This document shows positions 1-7,467 of a DNA stretch of 10,548 nt, in pieces. Source of the DNA: Amoeboradix gromovi X-113 (taxonomy: Eukaryota > Fungi > Sanchytriomycota). Position 1 is the first letter of the stretch. Every line of letters starts with the position of its first letter. A program made the translations under genes and the position numbers. Location: the NCBI GenBank assembly GCA_018985225.1, contig JADGIF010000343.1, positions 1 through 10,548 of the forward strand, given 5' to 3'. The notes beneath the pieces were generated by a model. The model was not told the DNA's origin. It saw only the letters and a program-made list of their open reading frames with translations, and ran no database searches.

Positions 1-176
1 GATTGGATGAAAGAGTAAGAGAATAGCTGTACAGAATATTTATTTTTGAAATTTCGATACAAAAAGTTGTTTATTTTTCTTTTATACTCGTCAACTCTGC
101 AAGTCGCTGAATGTCCACTCGTCTCTTAAATCCATAAAGTAATAAAGCTGAAATAATGTGCCAAGTTGTTACAGAA

Positions 177-218
177 AGTTAGTCCAGTTTTTATATTTGA
201 TGTCCCACGTGTAGTATT
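177..218 (+). mobile_element. 42-bp transposon-end (TIR-like) sequence, inverted copy of 10319-10360; the element probably extends leftwards
   Basis: The reverse complement AATACTACACGTGGGACATCAAATATAAAAACTGGACTAACT matches 10319-10360 at 37/42 positions, and all 5 differences are transitions. TA at 215-216 would fit a Tc1/mariner-type target site (inference). Confidence 0.6.
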
Positions 219-390
219 GTGACAATGTGAGACATTCAAGCAGAACCTGCGCCCCGCATTTTTGGGATAGTGTTTTGATCAATCTTTAAGGATCGCCCAA
301 ATTTTTGCACCGCAGTCTTGGTTTTTTAATGTATGTTTTCAACTAATGCTAAAATAACATTTAACAACTTCTTCAATTGCGGGTATAAAC

Positions 391-440
391 CCGTTTATAC
401 CATAGTGCAATGGTACCGTTTATACCATAGTGCAATGGTA
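391..440. repeat. Perfect 25-bp tandem duplication with internal inverted repeats
   Basis: CCGTTTATACCATAGTGCAATGGTA occurs at 391-415 and 416-440. Each unit contains TACCAT-N6-ATGGTA. GGTATAAAC (382-390) is the inverted repeat of GTTTATACC (393-401). Confidence 0.95.
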
Positions 441-622
441 ACGGTTTGGCAACTTAGAATTTTAAATACTTGGCCTGAATTCATGTTTTGATTTGAATCA
501 ACTGATTTTATTTGGCCAAAGAGTTGACTAATTTAGAGATCTGATGGAGCTCAAAGACGATTAGGTCACTGTGTCATTGTACCTCTCATTTATTAAAAAT
601 ATTACGAGCACGAATTGCTTGG

Positions 623-1423
623 TTAGGAAGTCAAGTTCTCAATTTCATTTTTCAGCCATTCTTTTTCGTACTCTAGGGTTTGAAGTTCCATTCTATAATT
701 CTCCATCTCTTGGTCATGCTTGTGTTTCAATTCCAATTTCTTTTCTTTTACTTGAGAATCCAAACTTCTTCTATATTCTCTCTGCTTATCCTTGATTCTC
801 TGCTTTTCTAGACTCTGAAACTTCAAAAATTCAGCCAGGTCATCCTGAATTGCCTCTTTATCCTTTAATGTTTCCTTTTCAGTTTCGTCTCTTTGCTTTA
901 ACTTTTCCTCAACTTGTAGACGTCGTCCTTGTAAAACATCGTGCAAAAGATTTTCTCGATGCTTGTTTTCTAAATCAACCTGGGCATTAATTTTGTTGCA
1001 TAGTTCGGATTGAACCTGAGCAATGTCCCTTTCAAGTTGCGTACTACTCAGCCAACCTTTATTTTTAAATCTATTTCTTAATATTTCCAAATTCGCGTAC
1101 TCGTCTTTCCAGTCTTCAACCTTATCAGTATTTAACACTGCCAGTGCTTTTTGAATTTTCTTTGTGAATTCATTATTAATTGCACCTCTTTCAGTTTGAT
1201 AAGTTGATGAGTCTCCGAGGGTTTTTTGATTTAAATTACTTTTGACTATGCTGGTTTTTCTTATCTCCCTGTCTTCAAGGTACCTGTTAAGAGTCAATGC
1301 AGCTTCTTTATCGAGTCCGTTCTTGAGGAACAGCGCAATCTCTCGCTCTTTTAAATATCTTTCACGCAGAAACTGCTTTTTTTCTTGAACGTTTTGTCTG
1401 GGTAACATGGCTTGGGGTTTCAT
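623..1423 (-). CDS. Coiled-coil protein, 266 aa; possibly a trichohyalin-plectin-homology (TPH)-like ciliary/axonemal protein
   Basis: ATG-to-TAA ORF with a highly E/K/R/Q-rich heptad character. KQREYRRSLDSQVKEKK resembles the Y..eL..Q repeats of CFAP45/CFAP53/MNS1-type proteins. The family call is weak. Confidence 0.75.
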   Translation of the reverse strand: MKPQAMLPRQNVQEKKQFLRERYLKEREIALFLKNGLDKEAALTLNRYLEDREIRKTSIVKSNLNQKTLGDSSTYQTERGAINNEFTKKIQKALAVLNTDKVEDWKDEYANLEILRNRFKNKGWLSSTQLERDIAQVQSELCNKINAQVDLENKHRENLLHDVLQGRRLQVEEKLKQRDETEKETLKDKEAIQDDLAEFLKFQSLEKQRIKDKQREYRRSLDSQVKEKKLELKHKHDQEMENYRMELQTLEYEKEWLKNEIENLTS

Positions 1424-1591
1424 TCATTTTGTAGATTTCAAACCGATGATGTGCATATGAATGAAAAAGCCCTCGTGAAATTCCATCGGCAAGCTACGAG
1501 TACTAGATGAAGCTTTTAAAATATCTCAAATGGTATACTAATAAGTAAAATGTCCAAATGTCTTTAAAATAATACTTTTCCCAGAGTTCCC

Positions 1592-1676
1592 TCCTTTGCC
1601 ACACAGATCCTTTACCACTACTTAGCGGATTCTCAGCGAGTTATCTCTTTTTATTTTTGTCATCCTCTTTTACCAC
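1592..1676. promoter_or_regulatory. Three copies of TCYTTTRCCAC in the divergent intergenic region between the 266-aa and 197-aa ORFs
   Basis: TCCTTTGCCAC at 1592-1602, TCCTTTACCAC at 1608-1618, TCTTTTACCAC at 1666-1676. A regulatory role is inferred from position only. Confidence 0.3.
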
Positions 1677-1741
1677 CCCTGTACTATAGTTTTCATGGAG
1701 CATGGTCTCATTGCTAAATTTTAGTTAATTATTTTTGTAAC

Positions 1742-2335
1742 ATGTCAACTGCATTATACAATTTAAATAAGGATTTAGCACAAGTAGAATATCTTCAGAT
1801 TTTACTCAAGGACTTGAAAGTGCAGTTTAATCTCTCATTTGACCACATGCTGGAAAATAACTTGAATACGTGGTTTGAATTTAAGCATAGCTTACTGAAC
1901 TTTCAGCATCATTGGAATAATAGCGAAGTTAAAAGAGTTCCATATATTAATTATTTTAAAAATCTAGCGCTTGATCAAATGGAGATTAAAAACAAAATGC
2001 ATTTACGGCTGCAATACTTTGATGCCGTAGTGGAATTCTCAAGTGGATCGGTAAAGTTCGAATCACCATCTCTTTATACAAATGGACTAAACTCTTATTT
2101 GGAAAAGCTAGAGAATGAATTTGGAAACGAATTTGTGAATGTGAAGTCTAAAGAGAGCGTAGTTCCAGTATCCAAAGTGTTTATTCTTTTTATTATTGGT
2201 ATAATAGAGCTAGATAAATACACTAGCTCAATTCATTTTGAGTGGCTTTTTAATGAATTTAAGTGCACGGTTCCTGTAAATTATTTATACAAAAGATCAC
2301 TTCATTCTTTGGAAACAGTAGTTCAAGAACTATGA
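1742..2335 (+). CDS. Hypothetical protein, 197 aa
   Basis: ATG-to-TGA ORF, long for AT-rich DNA, with an AT-rich leader and AATAAA at 2353-2358. No motif recognised. Confidence 0.65.
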   Translation: MSTALYNLNKDLAQVEYLQILLKDLKVQFNLSFDHMLENNLNTWFEFKHSLLNFQHHWNNSEVKRVPYINYFKNLALDQMEIKNKMHLRLQYFDAVVEFSSGSVKFESPSLYTNGLNSYLEKLENEFGNEFVNVKSKESVVPVSKVFILFIIGIIELDKYTSSIHFEWLFNEFKCTVPVNYLYKRSLHSLETVVQEL

Positions 2336-2586
2336 ACACGATCACATCTCTTAATAAATTACATTCTTGGTAATTGAAACTATTTCTTTCATTTGCAACA
2401 AATGTGGAGGCCAAATCTTGGAAAGCGCTGATTGCCCTCTGCTATGGTATTAATGGTTAGCATCTGTAACGTTAAAAATTCAGAGACATGGACATTCGCG
2501 AAGATCATAGATCGACACTTCCCCAGAATAATGGACCGAGATCCTACTGTATTTGCGAAAAAGATAGTAAACCTCTATCAGATTTA

Positions 2587-3525
2587 TCAAAGTTCTATGT
2601 TAACACCTATTGCAAAAGTAGGTTTCTGATTAAAAAACTTTTCCAAGCGACTCCACTGGAATGGAATGTTCATGTTTATTGAAAAAGAGGGAATCTGAAT
2701 TCCAGAATTGTAAGAGTATGATAATGACAATCCTGTCAAATGGCCAAGAGCCAAAGTCAAGTTTTGATTCCTTGACTGTTTCATTTTCTGAGAAACAGAA
2801 AACCCGCATCTTATGTTGGAATCGTAAGAAAACAAGTTTGCATCAAGCCTACTAGCAAAATTAATGTGGATATTATCCCTTCTGACCAAAGGTTTAAATA
2901 TAGAACTGGAAACTTGCCCTATAATTGGAGTATATGTTAAAACAAGTGTATTAGATCTATACAACCTTCTAAGGCCAAACGACACACCTCCTGCCTTTCC
3001 TTTTGGTAAGTAGTATAGCTCGCAGCCAAAACTACTCTGCTTGTTCTGACCTAAGAGTACAGAGCACCCAACAGCGTGATCAAAAGTAGAGACGCTGGTT
3101 TCTATATTTACAGCTTTTATCGGACTGACAAGTAATGAATATGCGATTTCTGCTTTCGGCGGATCCATAGAAGTTGAACCAATTAATGTCCCATATATGC
3201 CTCTTGCAATAGCAGTCGAAGCAATCATATCAGTAGCGTTTTTTAAAGACCAAGTGCTATGCAGATAATACTTGTCTTTCAAAACAGAATACGACATGCA
3301 AGATTCTTCTAACGGTAACTTCAGCGAATGATTTGCTCTGAATTCTGGATTGATAGTCTTTAGAGTTTGCACGAACATTCCGATTGATCTGTTTGGCAGC
3401 AGAATATCATCCGATTCCTTTAATATTAACGAATAGCGGTCTTCCGGCAGAAAATTGTTTAGTTCTTCCATTCTCCTTGTATAAGATGAAAAATTTGGTA
3501 CAAAATATTTCCTTTGCAGATCCAA
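2587..3525 (-). CDS. MDM10: Mitochondrial outer-membrane beta-barrel Mdm10 (ERMES/SAM component); start uncertain
   Basis: Mdm10-like blocks: GCELYY...AGGVSFGLR, LVLTYTPIIGQVSS and ASRLDANLFSYDSN..CG, plus alternating beta-strand character and a terminal beta-signal-like FAIGVNIEL. Codon 3525-3523 is TTG; the first in-frame ATG is at 3471. Confidence 0.8.
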   Translation of the reverse strand: MDLQRKYFVPNFSSYTRRMEELNNFLPEDRYSLILKESDDILLPNRSIGMFVQTLKTINPEFRANHSLKLPLEESCMSYSVLKDKYYLHSTWSLKNATDMIASTAIARGIYGTLIGSTSMDPPKAEIAYSLLVSPIKAVNIETSVSTFDHAVGCSVLLGQNKQSSFGCELYYLPKGKAGGVSFGLRRLYRSNTLVLTYTPIIGQVSSSIFKPLVRRDNIHINFASRLDANLFSYDSNIRCGFSVSQKMKQSRNQNLTLALGHLTGLSLSYSYNSGIQIPSFSINMNIPFQWSRLEKFFNQKPTFAIGVNIEL

Positions 3526-3628
3526 TGCACTTAAAATTTAGGCCCCATTTGCTATGTTCTTCAGAGGTCCTTTGTTGTGAATGTGATAAGTTTGTTTTTG
3601 GCAATTTTTTTCAAACTCTGTCTAGCAA
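3526..3628. promoter_or_regulatory. Very short divergent (bidirectional) promoter region between MDM10 and SMC3
   Basis: Head-to-head genes about 100 bp apart; inferred from gene geometry. Confidence 0.5.
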
Positions 3629-6600
3629 ATGAAAATAGATGCTGTACAGCTAAAACACTTCAAAAGTTACCAGAACACCCAAGTGGAACTGCAATCAGGT
3701 CTAAATGTTATTTGCGGTAGAAATGGATCCGGTAAATCTAATTTTTTCTGGGCCATCCGATTTGCCCTGGGTGAAGCCTATTCCCACTTGTCAAGACAAG
3801 AAAGGCAATCATTAATAAAGGACGGTGAAACTTTTGCATTTGTTCAAATTAAGTTTGATAACACTGATCGTCGATTTCCAACAGACAACGATGAAATGAT
3901 TCTTCGTCGCACTATCTCATTAAAGCGCGATGAATTCACAGTTGATTCTAAATCTGCAATTAAATCTCAAGTAGCTAATCTGTTGGAAGCGGCAGGATTT
4001 TCCAACTCGAACCCATTCTACATTGTCCCCCAAGGTAAAATAACCTCATTGTGCCACTCTAAAGATGCGGATCGTCTTAGAATAATCAAGGAGGTTGCTG
4101 GTACTCAAACCTATGAGGACAAAAGGCAAGAGTCGGTCAAGATATTTGATGAGACAAATTTGAAAAAGGAAAAAATTAATGAAATGCTGGTATTGTTAGA
4201 TAAACGTTTAGTTGAGTTACGGAAGGAGCAGGAAGAGCTAGCCAAGTTTAATCTCGTCAATGACAAACACAAGGCACTAAAATACAATCTATTCCAGCTG
4301 CAACTAAATGAAATTGAGGCATCCCTGGTAGATCTAGAATCCAACAGATCTGAAGTTGAATCTCTTAATTCGGGTGATTACTCAGATACCGAAGGTATTT
4401 TGAAGTCTATCAAATCACTGCAGCAGTCAATTCATCAATCCCAATTGCAGTCCTTGTTGCATCAAGAAGACAAAACATCAACATTATCTTCTATAAACGA
4501 TCAATCTACTCAGTTGTCTAAGCTAGAGTATATGATTCAAGATGCTAGGCAGCAATTGCTTTTACAATCCCAGTCCTCTAAGGAATCTCTATCTGATTTA
4601 GCTAACCAATTGAATGAATCTAAGAACAACCTTTTACTGCTTCAACAACAGCTACATTACAAAATGCAGCTGAACAGTTGGAATCAATTTGAAAACCATT
4701 CTGATGTTGAAAATGCTATCAATACGCATATCGAGAATATCAATAACCAGCTATCCTACACAAAATCACATTTAGAATTTCTACAAAAGCAGCGAGAACA
4801 GCAATCTACTACTATAAATACCACTGAATTGATATCAAGACAGCGAGAGCTATGGCGAAATAAACAGCAATCTACGATAAAATATAATTCTTCAAAATCA
4901 GCGGTTTCTGAGATTAGTAACCGAATAGCCAAATCCAACTATACTCTGTTACTGAATATACAGCATTGTGCCACAATAGTAAAGGAGTGTAATCTGTCCG
5001 GGTATCATGGCCCATTATACCAGCTATTTGAATGCGATGCTGTACTAAACACAGTTATTGATGTTGTAGCAAATCAGTCATTGTTCCATGTAGTAGTAGA
5101 CAACGAGAATACTTGCGAAATGTTAATGATGGAATTTAATCGCAGATCGCTTGGAAGGTGTACTTTCATTCCGTTGAATAGAATACAAAGTAAACACCGT
5201 GATTATAAACAACACACTTCATTGCTGTCATTATTAACCTATAAGCCAGAGTACTCTACATTAATGGCGCATGTATTCGGCAAATCAATAGTAGTCGACG
5301 AGAATGACAACATCTCCAACGTTGAGGGAGGGTTAGATGTATTGTATCTAAATGGTACAAGAATTGAAAGCAGTGGTCCAATGAGTGGTGGATACCATGG
5401 AAATAACAAATACTCGCTATTAGCAGAGTTGCGCGAGCACCAAGCTGAACTTGATGAATTGGACAATGAACTGATTGCAATTACAAAAGAACTAGATGTG
5501 CTAGATTCAGCAATAAGAGATGCTAATGTTGCTAATAAGCAATCCGTGTGCATGAGATCTGTTGAGAGTGATATAGCTAAATATAGCAGATTGTTGATAG
5601 AGAATGAATGCAAACTACAAGCATGTACAAAAGATGTGAACATGGATACGTCAGAGATCAGCACTCTTATAGAACAAAAGCAAACAGAAATAAAACGACT
5701 AACTCAACAAATGGAAGATTTAGAGCAATTAAACGTTAGTACCACAGATCTAGATGTGGATGCGTTGGATGCGGAGTACAATGTACTGAAAGAGGCATTA
5801 AGTGGCAATCAAAAGCTGCTTGAGAGTTTAAATGACAAAATGCAAGAATTAGAATCAGGTTTGAGTGCAATGCAACAAGAATTGGAAGAGAAACAATTGC
5901 AGCTTACAAAGGTCGAATCGAAGAACGTGCAACATAAAATGGACTTGAATCATATTTTAGTTTCAATTCATAATGTGATAGAGACCAGAAACAAGATATT
6001 GATGGAAATAGAAGAATTGGGAGTGCTTCCAAGCAGAAAACTAATAACAGAATTTAGCGGATACAACTCTGACGAGATTAGCAGGGAGCTGAGTAGCTTA
6101 GAAAGCAGATTAAGGGTACATGTCAATAAGAGAGCGAATGAGCAATATGATGAATACAGTAAACAACACGAGGAACTGACAGATAGACATGAGATGCTGG
6201 ATGGAAATGCTACAAGAATAAATGAGTTACTAGTGGAAATGGACAGAAAAAAAGAGGAAACGATTAACAACACATTCAAATCAGTCTCTATGCAATTCCA
6301 AGAGATATTCGAAAAGATAGTACCCGGTGGGCATGCTGACTTGATAAACACAGATAATGGGGTAGGTATAAACGCGCAATTTGGAGCCACAATGATGAAT
6401 ATGAACTCTTTGTCGGGAGGACAAAAGACTGTAGTGGCCCTCAGTTTATTGTTTGCAATACAAAGTGTAGATAAACAGCCGTTCTATGTGTTCGATGAAG
6501 TAGATGCAAGTCTGGATGCAGAGTATAGGGACAGTATCAGTAATTTGATTAAGGAGTTCAGTAAGGAAGCTCAATTTATTGTAACAACCTTCAGAAGAGA

Positions 6601-6715
6601 AATCATTAGTAGAGCTGATTGCGTGTACGGAGTGGGTTATATGAACAGAGTAAGTCATGTGGAGAAAATTAACAAGAATGAAGCACTGGACTTTGTGGAC
6701 CAAGTGGAAAGATAA
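3629..6715 (+). CDS. SMC3: Cohesin subunit SMC3, 1028 aa, single open frame
   Basis: Walker A GRNGSGKSNFF.AIRF; Smc3-type LLEAAGFSNSNPFYIVPQGKI and KEVAGT..YE; hinge (GYHGPL..L, LFHVVVD, GRCTFIPLNR, SGPMSGGY); signature LSGGQK; Walker B/D-loop PFYVFDEVDASLD; QFIVTTFR. Confidence 0.97.
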   Translation: MKIDAVQLKHFKSYQNTQVELQSGLNVICGRNGSGKSNFFWAIRFALGEAYSHLSRQERQSLIKDGETFAFVQIKFDNTDRRFPTDNDEMILRRTISLKRDEFTVDSKSAIKSQVANLLEAAGFSNSNPFYIVPQGKITSLCHSKDADRLRIIKEVAGTQTYEDKRQESVKIFDETNLKKEKINEMLVLLDKRLVELRKEQEELAKFNLVNDKHKALKYNLFQLQLNEIEASLVDLESNRSEVESLNSGDYSDTEGILKSIKSLQQSIHQSQLQSLLHQEDKTSTLSSINDQSTQLSKLEYMIQDARQQLLLQSQSSKESLSDLANQLNESKNNLLLLQQQLHYKMQLNSWNQFENHSDVENAINTHIENINNQLSYTKSHLEFLQKQREQQSTTINTTELISRQRELWRNKQQSTIKYNSSKSAVSEISNRIAKSNYTLLLNIQHCATIVKECNLSGYHGPLYQLFECDAVLNTVIDVVANQSLFHVVVDNENTCEMLMMEFNRRSLGRCTFIPLNRIQSKHRDYKQHTSLLSLLTYKPEYSTLMAHVFGKSIVVDENDNISNVEGGLDVLYLNGTRIESSGPMSGGYHGNNKYSLLAELREHQAELDELDNELIAITKELDVLDSAIRDANVANKQSVCMRSVESDIAKYSRLLIENECKLQACTKDVNMDTSEISTLIEQKQTEIKRLTQQMEDLEQLNVSTTDLDVDALDAEYNVLKEALSGNQKLLESLNDKMQELESGLSAMQQELEEKQLQLTKVESKNVQHKMDLNHILVSIHNVIETRNKILMEIEELGVLPSRKLITEFSGYNSDEISRELSSLESRLRVHVNKRANEQYDEYSKQHEELTDRHEMLDGNATRINELLVEMDRKKEETINNTFKSVSMQFQEIFEKIVPGGHADLINTDNGVGINAQFGATMMNMNSLSGGQKTVVALSLLFAIQSVDKQPFYVFDEVDASLDAEYRDSISNLIKEFSKEAQFIVTTFRREIISRADCVYGVGYMNRVSHVEKINKNEALDFVDQVER

Positions 6716-6885
6716 GAATAAATTATTAAAATTACGATAAATCAGATTTTATAAGAAAATCGTTTTAACTGTGGTTGCGTAACTACTAAATTCATCCCAA
6801 ATGTTTGTGGTGCTTACCCTTGTCTTGATTTTCATCCGTACTGGTCTCAGTTCTCTGATTGTAGTTCCTCCTCGTTAAAAGTCAT

Positions 6886-7016
6886 AATTTCCGAGAAAAT
6901 CGAGAATTTCTAGAGAAACTAGCAATGTTAGTTTCTCCGTTACAGTGATCGCTCATGCTTTCACTACTCTGATGCGGAATTAAACAAGGATACATATATT
7001 TGTATATACTCCTTGC
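6886..7016 (-). ncRNA. Candidate Fanzor omega-RNA scaffold remnant: four consecutive hairpins overlapping and following the 3' end of the Fanzor-like frame
   Basis: Minus-strand stems at 7016-6984, 6967-6942, 6938-6912 and 6908-6886. Their position matches TnpB/Fanzor omega-RNA loci. Folded by eye only. Confidence 0.35.
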
Positions 7017-7231
7017 TGCCATATGATCTCTACCTATCTTCAAATGACACTTTTTACAGGTTCAGGTTTCTAAATCGGTTTTCTTTAAAGTACCATACCT
7101 CGTACATGGCATCGAATTTGTTCCTTGGTGCCATGTGGTCCATATCGACTTCCAAACGACACTATGTACATGAATAGCTATCCAAATTGTTTTTCTTTAG
7201 TGCGCCACATATTGTACATGGCATCGAATTT
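7008..7231. repeat. Diverged direct repeat with a 112-bp period
   Basis: 7120-7230 and 7008-7118 align without gaps at 79/111 nt. The 18-mer GTACATGGCATCGAATTT is identical at 7102-7119 and 7214-7231. Confidence 0.9.
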
Positions 7232-7467
7232 CCATGCTTGGACCAGTTCCTCAGTTTTGATGAATGTATGCTGCACCTGCTAGTTATTTCTTTAGATTTC
7301 ATTTACCATTTGCGAAAAGGAAGAATATCGAGTGTTTAAGCTATTAGAAAAATCTGGGAAAGTCTTGAAATTATACAAAAATGCATACAAATTCGCGATA
7401 AATGATTTATTCAAGAAAATAGTCAAGCTGCCCCTTTTGTCAAAGCGGGGACTGACTGGGGAATTAA

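Larger units (their letters stand above)
6882..7302 (-). pseudogene. Fanzor/TnpB-like nuclease C-terminal remnant (zinc finger + RuvC-III), two tandem copies, each with a premature stop
   Basis: 7239-7120 reads KHGNSMPCTICGALKKNNLDSYSCT*CRLEVDMDHMAPRN. 7118-7005 reads NSMPCTRYGTLKKTDLET*TCKKCHLKIGRDHMAARSI, and that frame ends at TGA 6884-6882. The combined consensus fits the TnpB/Fanzor pattern E..TS..C..CG...C..C....DRD..AA.NI. Confidence 0.85.

Noticed and set aside
2-49. IAVQNIY on the + strand resembles the AA.NI end of a Fanzor upstream of the left TIR-like sequence
   Set aside because: No RD or CxxC precedes it and the frame has stops; too weak.
403-440. TAGTGCAATGG resembles a tRNA D-arm / Pol III box A
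   Set aside because: There is no box B (GTTCRA), T-arm or acceptor stem, so it is not a tRNA.
391-440. CRISPR-like palindromic repeats
   Set aside because: Only two directly abutting units, no spacers, no cas genes, and a eukaryotic context.
1742-2629. Possible TGA recoding: the 197-aa frame continues through three in-frame TGAs into the 2432-2629 ORF, and MDM10 ends TGA-TAA
   Set aside because: The roughly 20 Trp codons in the six long ORFs are all TGG and no conserved gene needs TGA read-through. I saw no selenoprotein motif and found no convincing in-frame intron.
3629-6715. SMC-based defence system (Wadjet/MksBEF) or bacterial SMC
   Set aside because: The motifs are specifically those of eukaryotic Smc3, and there are no kleisin, KITE or JetD neighbours.
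1691-6849. Shared TTTTCAT-N6-TGGTCTCA at about 1690-1710 and 6829-6849
   Set aside because: A short gapped match with little flanking similarity, compatible with chance.
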